In this document: in pieces, positions 1 to 9,062 of the stretch
Layout: each line of letters starts with the position of its first letter
How positions within the stretch are numbered: position 1 is the first letter of the stretch
DNA from: Bacteroidota bacterium
GTDB lineage: Bacteria; Bacteroidota; Bacteroidia; AKYH767-A; 2013-40CM-41-45
Direction of reading: 5' to 3'
NCBI GenBank assembly: GCA_046052345.1
Contig: JBJOMN010000010.1
Span: forward strand, 67,841 to 131,840
Length of the DNA stretch: 64,000 nucleotides
Translations under genes and position numbers: made by a program
The notes under the pieces: model-generated
What the model was told of the DNA's origin: nothing
Seen by the model: only the letters and a program-made list of their open reading frames with translations
Databases searched by the model: none

Positions 1-732
1 ATTCTTGGTGTTGGTCGGGAAGTCCCCTTTCATCATCCAATCGTAGTAGGAAGGTTCGCTACGGAAGACTTCACGCACCGAACGGCCTTTATACTTTCCG
101 AAATTGAAGACTTCCTCACCGTTGTCATTATAGACCACCCGTCCTGCCAGGTCCACGTTCTTGGAGACTGCGGAGAACTGGGCCAGGAAGTCGACATCGT
201 TCTTCAGGGAGTCATAACGCTCCAGCTGGGAAAGCAGGACTTCATAGGTGGCGGTGGTATCCGCCTCGGCGGAATGTGCATTGACCAGGTCCTTGTTGCA
301 GTAGAACTTGTAGGCAGCGGAGAGCGTACGCTGCTCCATCTTATGGAAGATGTTCTGGACGTCCACCAGTTTACGGTCTGTCATATCGAAATCGGTTCCG
401 CATCGGGTGAATTCCTCGATCAGGACAGGTATGTCGAACTTGTTTGAATTGTAACCCGCCAGGTCGCATCCGCCTAAAAAAGCATTCAGGTCCTTGCAAA
501 GGTCCTTGAAAGCCGGTGCATCCTTGACATCGGCGTCACTGATCCCGTGGACCTTTGTGGATTCCGGGGGTATCGGGATCGTTGGATTGATTCGGTGTGC
601 TTTCGATTCGATTTTCCCTCCCGGATAGACCTTGAGCAGTGCGATTTCAATGATACGGTCCGTACCGACATTCACCCCGGTTGTTTCCAGATCCAGGAAC
701 ACCAAGGGACGCTTAAGTTGAAGTTGAGACAT
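1..732 (-). CDS. 3'-5' exonuclease, DnaQ/DEDDh family (DNA polymerase III epsilon-like). It is partial: the C-terminus runs off the window start.
   Basis: Minus-strand translation from the ATG at 732..730 reads MSQLQLKRPLVFLDLETTGVNVGTDRIIEIALLKV...FDIPVLIEEF...HSAEADTTATYEVL. This shows the Exo I (DLETTG), Exo II and Exo III (H-x4-D) motifs. There is no stop before position 1. The ORF is missing from the supplied track because it is open-ended. Confidence 0.6.
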   Translation of the reverse strand, partial: MSQLQLKRPLVFLDLETTGVNVGTDRIIEIALLKVYPGGKIESKAHRINPTIPIPPESTKVHGISDADVKDAPAFKDLCKDLNAFLGGCDLAGYNSNKFDIPVLIEEFTRCGTDFDMTDRKLVDVQNIFHKMEQRTLSAAYKFYCNKDLVNAHSAEADTTATYEVLLSQLERYDSLKNDVDFLAQFSAVSKNVDLAGRVVYNDNGEEVFNFGKYKGRSVREVFRSEPSYYDWMMKGDFPTNTKN

Positions 733-790
733 GAGGAGGAAAGTCTTTTAGTGGATGTCAGTACGAGTACTCAGGCGGAGTGCCCGACAA

Positions 791-2161
791 TCAGATGGTG
801 CGGTTCACGTCGAACTGCTCCAGGTAGTCGGCCACCCTGCGCAGGAAGCTTCCGCCCAGAGCACCGTCCACGACACGGTGGTCGTAGGACATCGAAAGGA
901 ACATCATGTGGCGGATACCGATCGTATCGCCTTCGGGCGTCTCGATTACCGCCGGTTTTTTACGGATGGCGCCGGTGGCAAGGATCGCCACCTGAGGCTG
1001 ATTGATGATGGGCGTTCCCATCACGTTGCCGAATGTCCCTACATTGGTGAGCGTGAAGGTGCCGTCTTGAATTTCGTCCGGCTTGAGTTTGTTCTGCCGG
1101 GCACGGTTGGCAAGATCGTTCACAGTCTTGGTAAGCCCGTAAAGGTTCAGCATATCGGCATTGCGTATGACAGGCACGATCAGATTTCCGCTTGGCAGAG
1201 CCGCGGCCATACCGATGTTGATGTTCTTCTTGACAAGGATACGCGTACCATCCACTGACACGTTGATCATCGGGAAATCGCGGATGGATTTACAGACGGC
1301 TTCAATGAAGATGGGCGTGAAGGTGATCTTCTCTTTCTCCTTCTTTTCGAAGCTTGCTTTGACTGCGTCACGCCATTTGACAAGGTTCGTCACATCGGCC
1401 TCCACGAACGAGGTGACGTGCGGAGAGGTATGCTTGGACATCACCATATGCTCCGAAATCAGCTTGCGCATGCGGTCCATCTCTACGATCTCCACGTTTC
1501 CACCGACAGGCAAGGGGACCGACGGAGCAATGGAAGTTGCCGGCGCTGAAGCTGCAGGTGCCGGGGCGGGAGCTGTAGCTGCAGGTTCTGCCACGGTCGG
1601 TACGGAGGTTGCCATTGGAGCCGGAGACGGTCCGCCGTTCTTCCGGCGCGACAGGTACTTACCAAGGTCCTGACGTGTCAGGCGATTGTTGGCGCCGGTC
1701 CCCGGAATACTCTCCAGTTCAACGAGCGAAATTCCCTCTTCCTTGGCAATGCTCCGCACCAGCGGAGAATAGAAGCGTCCGGAGGAGGAGATACGGGCTA
1801 CGGGTTCTGTTACCGCAGCAGCGACAGGCGCAGGAGCAGAAGGGACGGAAGCAGCTGCAGGAGCAGGAACGGAAGCAGCGACCCCAGCCGTAACGGGAGA
1901 TGAGGCTGCAGCAGCGGGAGCGGCACCCGCGGCAGTGATCATGGCGATGACCTCACCGACCTTTACCACTTGGCCCTCTTCGAAAAGGCGCTTGGAAAGG
2001 ACACCGGCTGCAGGAGACGGAACCTCGGAATCGACTTTGTCGGTGGCAATTTCCAGGACCGGCTCATCGGCTTCGATCTTGTCGCCTTCCTTTTTCAGCC
2101 ATTTCAGAATGGTCGCTTCTGCTACACTTTCGCCCATTTTGGGCATGATCAGCTGGATCAT
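791..2161 (-). CDS. 2-oxoacid dehydrogenase complex E2 component (dihydrolipoamide acyltransferase)
   Basis: N-terminal lipoyl domain (EIATDKVDSEVPSP, lipoyl-Lys). A long Ala/Pro-rich linker. A peripheral subunit-binding domain (SPLVRSIAKEEGISL). A C-terminal catalytic domain with DHRVVDG. Which E2 it is (PDH, OGDH or BCKDH) is not resolved. Confidence 0.85.
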   Translation of the reverse strand: MIQLIMPKMGESVAEATILKWLKKEGDKIEADEPVLEIATDKVDSEVPSPAAGVLSKRLFEEGQVVKVGEVIAMITAAGAAPAAAASSPVTAGVAASVPAPAAASVPSAPAPVAAAVTEPVARISSSGRFYSPLVRSIAKEEGISLVELESIPGTGANNRLTRQDLGKYLSRRKNGGPSPAPMATSVPTVAEPAATAPAPAPAASAPATSIAPSVPLPVGGNVEIVEMDRMRKLISEHMVMSKHTSPHVTSFVEADVTNLVKWRDAVKASFEKKEKEKITFTPIFIEAVCKSIRDFPMINVSVDGTRILVKKNINIGMAAALPSGNLIVPVIRNADMLNLYGLTKTVNDLANRARQNKLKPDEIQDGTFTLTNVGTFGNVMGTPIINQPQVAILATGAIRKKPAVIETPEGDTIGIRHMMFLSMSYDHRVVDGALGGSFLRRVADYLEQFDVNRTI

Positions 2162-2231
2162 GGTTACCTAGGATGTGGGTGCACCGCACCCGTTTCGCCA
2201 AAATTAAGGATTTTTAGGCCAGAAAGGCTTC

Positions 2232-4199
2232 TCAGCGACCTAATTTACTGACCCCTTTACGCACAATCGAAAGGTCTTTAAGTACCTGATAATCCTTGGC
2301 ATAGAGTGCGTTGAGTCGCTGGAGCGTAGCCTCGTCGGGACGCACTCCCCGAACTCCGTCTGAGGGATCCAGAATTCCTTCCGCCAGGTGCGGAAGCGAC
2401 TCTCGTCCTGCAAGCCCGGCTGAAAATCCTACCAGTGTTTTCCGGCCTGCAAGTACCGCGAACAGGTTAGGCAAGAGGCCGGCGGGATGTTGCTGAAAAA
2501 AAAGCAAAACCGGCGACAACAGCAGCAATATCAGGGAAACGGTTACATCGAACAGCCGCTTGTTCCTGCGGTTCGCCGTTCTGCCAATGCTGTTGATATC
2601 GATCACATACATCTCTCCCGGGTCGTCAATCGACGAGGAGCCGATGATGAAAAGGCTTTCCGGCGGAGCGATCTTGAATTCCACGTCCCTACCGGAAATC
2701 CCGGACATGTAACGGATGATATCCTGCGAGCTGAGATCCTTGGCGCAGAAGATGATTTCGTCCGGTGCGAAGACTTCCACCATTTCAGGAAGTTTATCGG
2801 CGCCCCCCAGCAAGAACTGCCTGTATTCCGGAGAATCGTTCTTTTGGGATCCGGTTTCTGCTCCGGCGAACCCAAGGAAATTATGTTGGGTGCCGCTCAT
2901 CTTGAGAAGCGAAAGCACTCTCGAGCCTTCGTCCTGATTGCCGACGATAAGCAGTTTCTTCTTCGCATCTGTCGAAAGCAGGAAGCGCTTCGGGAACAGG
3001 AAGTGCAGCAGAAACCGCAGCAATGTCATTCCCGCGATCGACCAGGCAGCGCCCATGAGAAGCAGCGCACGGGAAAAACGATATTGTTCGGGAAGAAGTG
3101 CGTAGACGACCAGTATGAATACTGTTCCGCTGACCACCCCTCTGGTGACCTTGCCGAACCGGATGGGTTGGTCGTATCCTGCATTCAGTCGCACAGCGAC
3201 CAGCCACGTGAGGACATACGCAGGCAGCACCAGGTAGGTGAAGATACCTGGATAGTACACTTTCACCGCTGTGCTCCAGTATCCTTTAAGTACGATCATG
3301 CCTGCATAGAGCAGGATGAAATCCAAAGTCGGGAGCAGCGCCTTCCTGAAAAGCCGTTGCAGTACCGCCATCGTCGCCCGGAGATAGATGGCAATGCGTA
3401 TGAAGAAGGAGAACAGGGAAGCATTGGAAGGAGAGAAGTGCTTCTTGGCGAAGATGATCATCGCGTTATAGAAGACGAAAACGTAATTCACGGAGCTCTT
3501 CTTCGTACTTTCTCCTTTATAGTGGATGATCTTGGTCTCCGGGAAGTAGTAATTCCTGTAACCGCTTTGCTGGATGCGGTAGGAAAGGTCGATGTCCTCA
3601 CCGTACATGAAGAAGGCCTCGTCCAGAAGTCCGGTCTTATCGAGTGCAGCCCTTCTCATCAGCATGAACGCACCGGCAAGCACATCCACCTCGTGGATTT
3701 CGTCCGGGGATAGATAGCCGAGATGATACCGTCCGAATGTCCTCGAGCGGGGGAACAGCAGCGAGAGACCGAAGATCTTGTAGAAGGCCACGGAGGGCGT
3801 CGGAAGGCCCCGTTTCGATTCCGGCAGAAAGCGTCCGCTTCCGTCGATCATCTTGACACCTAATCCTCCGGCCTCCGGATTCCTGTCCATGAAACCGACA
3901 GCCTTCAGGAAAGTATCTTCCTCGACCACGGTGTCTGGGTTGAGCAGCAGGACATATTCCCCCGTGGAGGCGAGAATGGCTTGGTTGTTTGCTTTGGAGA
4001 ATCCTTTGTTGTCTTTGTTCGCGATGAGGCGGACACCCGGAAACTTCTGCTGTACCATCTCCACGGAACCGTCCACGGAGTTGTTGTCAACCACGAAAAT
4101 CTCGGCCTCCATGCCGTTGACAGCCTTCTCCACGGAGCGAAGACACTGCTCCAGGAAATATTTCACGTTGTAGTTGACGATGACGACGGAAAGCTTCAC
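2232..4199 (-). CDS. Glycosyltransferase family 2 fused to a C-terminal truncated PglC/WbaP-like sugar-transferase domain
   Basis: The N-terminus VVIVNYNVKYFLEQCL...VVDNNSVDGS...NKGFSKANNQA is a GT2 (GT-A) fold with its DxD region. It is followed by several TM helices. The C-terminal ~110 aa begins KRLFDVTVSLILLLLSPVLL and ends LVGFS...YQVLKDLSIVRKGV. These resemble the start and end of the Bac_transf domain, but the catalytic middle is missing. Confidence 0.65.
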   Translation of the reverse strand: MKLSVVIVNYNVKYFLEQCLRSVEKAVNGMEAEIFVVDNNSVDGSVEMVQQKFPGVRLIANKDNKGFSKANNQAILASTGEYVLLLNPDTVVEEDTFLKAVGFMDRNPEAGGLGVKMIDGSGRFLPESKRGLPTPSVAFYKIFGLSLLFPRSRTFGRYHLGYLSPDEIHEVDVLAGAFMLMRRAALDKTGLLDEAFFMYGEDIDLSYRIQQSGYRNYYFPETKIIHYKGESTKKSSVNYVFVFYNAMIIFAKKHFSPSNASLFSFFIRIAIYLRATMAVLQRLFRKALLPTLDFILLYAGMIVLKGYWSTAVKVYYPGIFTYLVLPAYVLTWLVAVRLNAGYDQPIRFGKVTRGVVSGTVFILVVYALLPEQYRFSRALLLMGAAWSIAGMTLLRFLLHFLFPKRFLLSTDAKKKLLIVGNQDEGSRVLSLLKMSGTQHNFLGFAGAETGSQKNDSPEYRQFLLGGADKLPEMVEVFAPDEIIFCAKDLSSQDIIRYMSGISGRDVEFKIAPPESLFIIGSSSIDDPGEMYVIDINSIGRTANRRNKRLFDVTVSLILLLLSPVLLFFQQHPAGLLPNLFAVLAGRKTLVGFSAGLAGRESLPHLAEGILDPSDGVRGVRPDEATLQRLNALYAKDYQVLKDLSIVRKGVSKLGR

Positions 4200-4209
4200 G
4201 CGGCCGGAG

Positions 4210-4884
4210 TTATCGGATCATGGATTGTTCGTAAGGAACCCGCTGAAGGATGGAGCGTCCCAAGGTCACTTCATCCGTGTATTCGAGCTCGTCGCCTACG
4301 GACACGCCCCGGGCTATGGTCGTGCAACGAAGACCTTCGAGACCGAGTTGCTGGAATCGCTTGTACAGGTAGAAGGTCGTTGTATCTCCCTCCATGGTGG
4401 CACTTAACGCAAGTATCACCTCTTTGACTTCCCCTCCGCGCAGGCGGTCTGCCAGCGGTTCCACAGAAAGTTGCGCCGGACCGATACCGTCCATCGGGGA
4501 GATGATACCGCCCAGCACATGATACAGACCGCGGTATTGCTGGGTGTTTTCAATGGCGATCACGTCCCGGATGTCTTCTACCACGCAGATCGATGACGTA
4601 TCCCTGCGCGGATCCGCGCATATCGGACAGACTTCGGATTCCGAAATGTTCCGGCAGCGGGAACAGTACTTTATCTCCTTACGCAAACGGATCAATGCTT
4701 CTCCGAGGCGCAGCGAGTCGGAAGCATCGGCACGTAGCAGATGCAGGACCAGCCGCAAAGCGGAACGCTTGCCGATGCCGGGTAGCCGGGAGAACTCGGC
4801 GACAGCGTCTTCCAGAAGGCGGGAAGGAAGGGAGCTCACGGTCGTGTTGATAAAAGAGACGGAAGGAGGGCGATGCCCGGTCAC
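4210..4884 (-). CDS. recR: Recombination protein RecR
   Basis: [12 protein letters not shown] helix-hairpin-helix. A C4 zinc finger ([16 protein letters not shown]). A Toprim domain (DVIAIE...[20 protein letters not shown]). The true start is probably an internal non-ATG codon near 4830, because canonical RecR begins about at LLEDAVAEF. Confidence 0.85.
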   Translation of the reverse strand: MTGHRPPSVSFINTTVSSLPSRLLEDAVAEFSRLPGIGKRSALRLVLHLLRADASDSLRLGEALIRLRKEIKYCSRCRNISESEVCPICADPRRDTSSICVVEDIRDVIAIENTQQYRGLYHVLGGIISPMDGIGPAQLSVEPLADRLRGGEVKEVILALSATMEGDTTTFYLYKRFQQLGLEGLRCTTIARGVSVGDELEYTDEVTLGRSILQRVPYEQSMIR

Positions 4885-4920
4885 GAAAATACTTACTTCG
4901 TGTTGTATTCACAACCGCAA

Positions 4921-6384
4921 ATGACCCCGCCCCTCATTCTTTCCTGTGTAATAGCCTATTCGGCGCTGCTCTTCTTCGTAGTCTGGCTGACCAGCCGTAA
5001 AGCCGACAACGACACGTATTTCATCGGTAATCGCTCCTCACGCTGGTACCTCGTGGCCTACGGCATGATCGGTGCATCGCTTTCCGGTGTCACCTTCATG
5101 TCTGTTCCCGGGTGGGTGGGGACCACCCAGTTTTCCTACATGATGGTGGTGTTCGGTTACTTGGCAGGTTATACGGTCATCGCAACAGTTCTGCTTCCGT
5201 TGTACTACCGGATGAACCTGACCTCCATCTATTCGTATCTGGAGTCGAGACTGGGGCCGGCCAGCTACCGCACCGGCGCTTTTTACTTCCTGCTGTCAAG
5301 GACCATCGGAGCCTCCTTCCGGCTTTACATCGTCATCAATGTGCTGCAGTCCTTCGTGTTCGATGCGTGGGGCGTACCCTTCTGGCTGACTACTGCCGCT
5401 TTCATCGTGCTGATACTCCTTTACACCTACGAAGGAGGTGTCAAAACCATTGTCTGGACGGATACATTGCAGACGACTTTCATGCTGGCGTCGCTGATAA
5501 TGACCATCTGGCTGGTCGCTGACCGACTTGGGATAAGTTTCGACGGTATCATGGACCAGGTCTTCAGCGGACCCTATTCAAGGATGGTGGTAACGGACTG
5601 GACGGCCAAAAACTTCTTCCTCAAACACTTTTTCGGCGGAATGTTCATCGCGATAGCCATGACAGGACTTGACCAGGAGATGATGCAGAAGAATATCAGT
5701 GTCAAGACACTGCGCGGTGCGCAAACGAACATGATGACCTTCAGTGTCGTATTGGTAATCATTAACCTGCTCTTCCTGAGCCTGGGCGTTTTGTTATACA
5801 GCTATGCCGCAGGCACCGGATTGACGGTCCCATCCCATACGGATGACCTCTTCCCGGTCGTCGCTCTGGGGCATCTGGGTACCGTCTCGGCGCTCTTTTT
5901 CATCATCGGACTTATTTCGGCTGCTTATCCCAGTGCCGACGGCGCTCTCACCGCACTCACGGCCAGTTTCTGCATCGACTTCGTAGGACTCAATAAACGG
6001 GGGTGGGAAGAACCTGTCAAAAAACGTGTCAGACATGCGGTTCACATCGGCTTTGCCATGCTGCTGCTGGCGGTCATTGTCATTTTCCGGATGATTAACG
6101 ACGAAGCTGTCATCGGAAAACTTTTCACCGTCGCCGGCTATACGTACGGTCCGCTGTTAGGCCTGTTCGCATTCGGCATCCTGACACGGCGCTCCGTGCC
6201 GGATCGCTGGGTGCCTTTCTTGTGCCTGCTGCCACCTGTGATTTGTTATATGCTTAACGAAAATTCTGTGGAATGGCTCAACGGATATCGGTTCGGGTTC
6301 GAGCTTTTGATCCTAAACGGCCTTATTACCTTTTTGGGACTTTTTATTGTGTCGTTTTCGAGACCTAAAGTCCCTGCTTCGTGA
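4921..6384 (+). CDS. Sodium:solute symporter family (SSF) transporter
   Basis: Thirteen or more TM segments. SSF-type motifs (GNRSSRWYLVAYGMIGASLSGVTFMSVPGW...). The start is refined to the MTPPLIL ATG at 4921 to avoid overlap with recR. Confidence 0.8.
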   Translation: MTPPLILSCVIAYSALLFFVVWLTSRKADNDTYFIGNRSSRWYLVAYGMIGASLSGVTFMSVPGWVGTTQFSYMMVVFGYLAGYTVIATVLLPLYYRMNLTSIYSYLESRLGPASYRTGAFYFLLSRTIGASFRLYIVINVLQSFVFDAWGVPFWLTTAAFIVLILLYTYEGGVKTIVWTDTLQTTFMLASLIMTIWLVADRLGISFDGIMDQVFSGPYSRMVVTDWTAKNFFLKHFFGGMFIAIAMTGLDQEMMQKNISVKTLRGAQTNMMTFSVVLVIINLLFLSLGVLLYSYAAGTGLTVPSHTDDLFPVVALGHLGTVSALFFIIGLISAAYPSADGALTALTASFCIDFVGLNKRGWEEPVKKRVRHAVHIGFAMLLLAVIVIFRMINDEAVIGKLFTVAGYTYGPLLGLFAFGILTRRSVPDRWVPFLCLLPPVICYMLNENSVEWLNGYRFGFELLILNGLITFLGLFIVSFSRPKVPAS

Positions 6385-6402
6385 AGCAGCAGGACTTTTT
6401 TT
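6372..6402 (+). terminator. Rho-independent terminator after the SSF gene
   Basis: The hairpin ccctgcttcgtgaagcagcagg overlaps the stop codon. It is followed by cttttttt. Confidence 0.55.
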
Positions 6403-6460
6403 AGCCGTTTGATTAAAAAAAGCTACTTTCGGGTACTGATCTTATGCTCAATCTTCAGCA

Positions 6461-7438
6461 ATGAAAAGTCTACTGGCCTGTTTTATCATCGCAATTTCAT
6501 TTTTTACTCCGGAATCCCGCGCTACCACCATAGATTCGGCCGGGGTTGAAACCGTAAATGGCAAACAAGTCATCCGTCACAAAGTCAGTGCCGGTGACAC
6601 ATGGTACTCCATTGCCCGTAAATACGGTATCCCGTATGCAGAATTGCGCCTGGCCAATAAAGGGTCTGCTGAATCCCTTAGCATAGGACAAATGGTCAAT
6701 GTTCCATCCAAGGCCAAGCCGACGGATCCGAGCAACCTGAAGAACTATATGGATCAGTCTAAGCCGGCTGCCGCCAAACCGGCACCGGTTCCTGCAAAAC
6801 CTGCGCCCGTTGCGGAGCCTGTAAAAACAGGTTCCGGGGAGACCAAGCACAAAGTCGCTCCGGGAGAGACGGTATACAGGATCTCTAAAATGTATAATGT
6901 GAAGCCGGCTGATCTTTGCACCTGGAACAATATCAAGAACAATGCTCTTGAACCCGGTCAGATCCTGGTCATCAAAGGTACATCGGTAGCTGTTCCTTCA
7001 ACCGCTCCTGCTGCCAATCCTACACCTGCGTCGCCTGTCGCTCCTGCGGTGGCTCCTGCAAAGGAACAACCCAAAGTGGAAGTGACCGAAGCCGAGCCGG
7101 TAACTGCCAAGCCGGTGCCGTCGGATTTCAGCTTTGCAAAGAACCGTAAAGAGGTACAGGAATCCGGAGACGCAGACCGTATTTACGACGAGCCTGTGAA
7201 TCCCAATAAATATTACGCGCTTCACGCTACGGCTCCGATCGGCACCATCATCATGGTCAGGAACCTTTCGAACGACCGTTCGGTGTTCGTTAAAATAGTC
7301 GGCCGACTGGAAGAAACGGAATCGAACCGGGGCTTGGTCATCAAACTCTCCCGTTCAAGCGCCGACCAGATAAAAGCCCCCAACAAGCGCTTCAAGGTGG
7401 AATTGCTGTACGGCATGGGCGTACCTAAAGTGCGTTGA
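6461..7438 (+). CDS. Secreted LysM x2 / RlpA-like double-psi beta-barrel protein (putative peptidoglycan-binding lytic transglycosylase)
   Basis: Signal peptide. Two LysM motifs (HKVSAGDTWYSIARKYGIPYAELRLANK and HKVAPGETVYRISKMYNVKPADLCTWNN). Pro/Ala-rich linkers. A C-terminal YALHATAPIGTIIMVRNLSNDRSVFVKIVGRL...GLVIKLSRSSADQI that matches the RlpA DPBB domain. Confidence 0.75.
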   Translation: MKSLLACFIIAISFFTPESRATTIDSAGVETVNGKQVIRHKVSAGDTWYSIARKYGIPYAELRLANKGSAESLSIGQMVNVPSKAKPTDPSNLKNYMDQSKPAAAKPAPVPAKPAPVAEPVKTGSGETKHKVAPGETVYRISKMYNVKPADLCTWNNIKNNALEPGQILVIKGTSVAVPSTAPAANPTPASPVAPAVAPAKEQPKVEVTEAEPVTAKPVPSDFSFAKNRKEVQESGDADRIYDEPVNPNKYYALHATAPIGTIIMVRNLSNDRSVFVKIVGRLEETESNRGLVIKLSRSSADQIKAPNKRFKVELLYGMGVPKVR

Positions 7439-7472
7439 AGCACTTTTTTTCAACCGCCGTCCATTTCTTGAA

Positions 7473-7504
7473 AGAGCCCCTTCTACGGAGGGGCTCTTTT
7501 TTTC
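7473..7504 (+). terminator. Rho-independent terminator
   Basis: Stem agagcccct (7473-7481) pairs with aggggctct (7489-7497), loop tctacgg, then a T7 tract. Confidence 0.7.
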
Positions 7505-7669
7505 ATATGCAGTATCATTCATTTCGATGGTTATCCGCGTATGAAGTATTAACAGCCGGATATCCCTAGGATTCCGCCGAGAGGACAATCACGATGGGTG
7601 TCGCACGGCATTCGGCTGTATCATTGGATCGGAAAGGACGCGATTGTCTAACCTAAAAAAACAACAGCC

Positions 7670-8263
7670 ATGAAAACATCTGAAAACCTCCGCCGATTTA
7701 AGTATGCATGCACCGTTACTGCGTTAATGTTCACGATGACCGGGTGCTCGAAAGAAGAAGCTGTGATGCCCGGACAGGAATCAGCCGCTGCAGCTCTGAC
7801 CGAAACTGCGGAAGATGACAGGGCGCGCTTGCGTCCTGAAGGAAATGTCATGGATCCGGTCGAGGGAATTACCTTGGAATCCTTGAACGGCGCCGGTAAA
7901 GACAAGGTCTTTGTCGACGAGGACTTGTCCTCCGCGACCATCGGCCATACCGGTATCATTTCTTTCAGCAAGGAGTTCACCCAGTTCGGAGTCGGAGTCC
8001 GGGCCTTCAGTGATCAGCTCGAGCCCGGATCCTTGACCGCACTGCACGCCACAGCACCCATAGGATCCATGATACTCGTCAAGAACCTGGAAACAGACCG
8101 TGAAATACAGGTTAAAGTGACAGGCCGAATCGACCAGAAAGACGGAGGACTCGGTATCATCGTGTCCTTGTCCAAGGCTGCTGCTGATGCGCTCAAAGTG
8201 CAGTTCACGATGTTCAAATCGGAGGTCCGCTACAAGGCACCGGCATCGGACCGCCTCGACTGA
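7670..8263 (+). CDS. RlpA-like DPBB domain lipoprotein (paralog of the upstream gene)
   Basis: Lipoprotein signal (LMFTMTGC). The C-terminal TALHATAPIGSMILVKNLETDREIQVKVTGRI...GLGIIVSLSKAAADAL is near-identical in its core (ALHATAPIG) to the gene at 6461..7438. Confidence 0.6.
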   Translation: MKTSENLRRFKYACTVTALMFTMTGCSKEEAVMPGQESAAAALTETAEDDRARLRPEGNVMDPVEGITLESLNGAGKDKVFVDEDLSSATIGHTGIISFSKEFTQFGVGVRAFSDQLEPGSLTALHATAPIGSMILVKNLETDREIQVKVTGRIDQKDGGLGIIVSLSKAAADALKVQFTMFKSEVRYKAPASDRLD

Positions 8264-8264
8264 C

Positions 8265-9062
8265 TCAGCCCGCTGAGAACTTGTTCTTCACCACATCGAG
8301 GAACACCGCATGAAGGCCCGCGTTGGCAGCGACGATCTCCCTGCCGAACGTGTGGCCTTCTCCGCCTTTGAAATCCGTGACGATTCCTCCTGCCTCCCGT
8401 ACTAATACCACTCCGGCTGCTACGTCCCACGGCTGGAGGCCGTATTCGTAAAAGACCTCGAAACGTCCGGCCGCAACGTATGCAAGGTCGGCAGCTGCAC
8501 TGCCGAGTCTTCTCAATCCGCGGGTATGCTTCATGCAATGATCGAAGACCTCCATATAAGGAGCCATCCGGCCGTAATCGTGATAGGGGAATCCGGTCGC
8601 GATCAGGGAATCGGCCATGTTGGAGCAGTCAGATACCCGTATCGGAGTTCCGTTGAGCCGGGCACCGCCGTTCTTCCAGGCAGAAAAGCATTCGTCGAGG
8701 TTGAGTTCGTGGATGACCCCCAGTACAGGTTCCTCTCCGTCATACAAGGCGATGCTGATGCAGTAAACAGGTACCCCATGGATGAAATTCGTCGTACCGT
8801 CCAAAGGGTCGATGATCCAGCGGTATCGGTCTCCATGTCGGTTGGATGTGCCTTCTTCGGCGATGAATCCCGCTTCCGGCAGCAGGTGGGTCAGTCGCTC
8901 CACGATCCTTCGCTCGGATTCCATGTCGACATAAGAGACAAGGTCATTATGTCCCTTGCGTTCTACCGCGGACGCGGAGAACCGCATACGCTCCTCGCGG
9001 ATGAATCCGCCCACATCGGCGGTGAGCCGCGCAACTTCGCTGCAAAGGGCGGAAAGATTCAT
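8265..9062 (-). CDS. suhB: Inositol monophosphatase family protein (SuhB/ImpA-like)
   Basis: Motifs WIIDPLDGTTNF and DVAAG... of the IMPase family. The start is refined to MNLSAL at 9062. The ATGA start/stop overlap with lgt at 9059..9062 supports this. Confidence 0.85.
   Translation of the reverse strand: MNLSALCSEVARLTADVGGFIREERMRFSASAVERKGHNDLVSYVDMESERRIVERLTHLLPEAGFIAEEGTSNRHGDRYRWIIDPLDGTTNFIHGVPVYCISIALYDGEEPVLGVIHELNLDECFSAWKNGGARLNGTPIRVSDCSNMADSLIATGFPYHDYGRMAPYMEVFDHCMKHTRGLRRLGSAAADLAYVAAGRFEVFYEYGLQPWDVAAGVVLVREAGGIVTDFKGGEGHTFGREIVAANAGLHAVFLDVVKNKFSAG

Noticed and set aside
1480-1960. Ala/Pro-rich repetitive stretch that generates many overlapping small ORFs.
   Set aside because: It is the flexible lipoyl-to-catalytic-domain linker of the E2 acyltransferase. 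It is protein low complexity, not a DNA repeat array or a CRISPR array.
2162-2231. Hairpin GGGTGC-acc-GCACCC downstream of the GT2 gene, as a possible terminator.
   Set aside because: No U tract follows on the relevant (minus) strand. It is more likely incidental or part of the E2 gene leader.
2487-3713. Long antisense ORFs in the supplied track. Examples: 2487..3713 +, 15740..16594 +, 24548..25156 +, 27122..28294 -, 28189..29175 -, 29950..30825 -, 32889..33881 +, 35293..36240 +, 39500..40693 +, 44322..44957 +, 46719..47687 +, 58597..59271 -.
   Set aside because: Each lies opposite a gene with clear family motifs. Their translations are low-complexity and Arg/Gly/Pro-rich with no recognisable domains. 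High GC content suppresses stop codons on the antisense strand.
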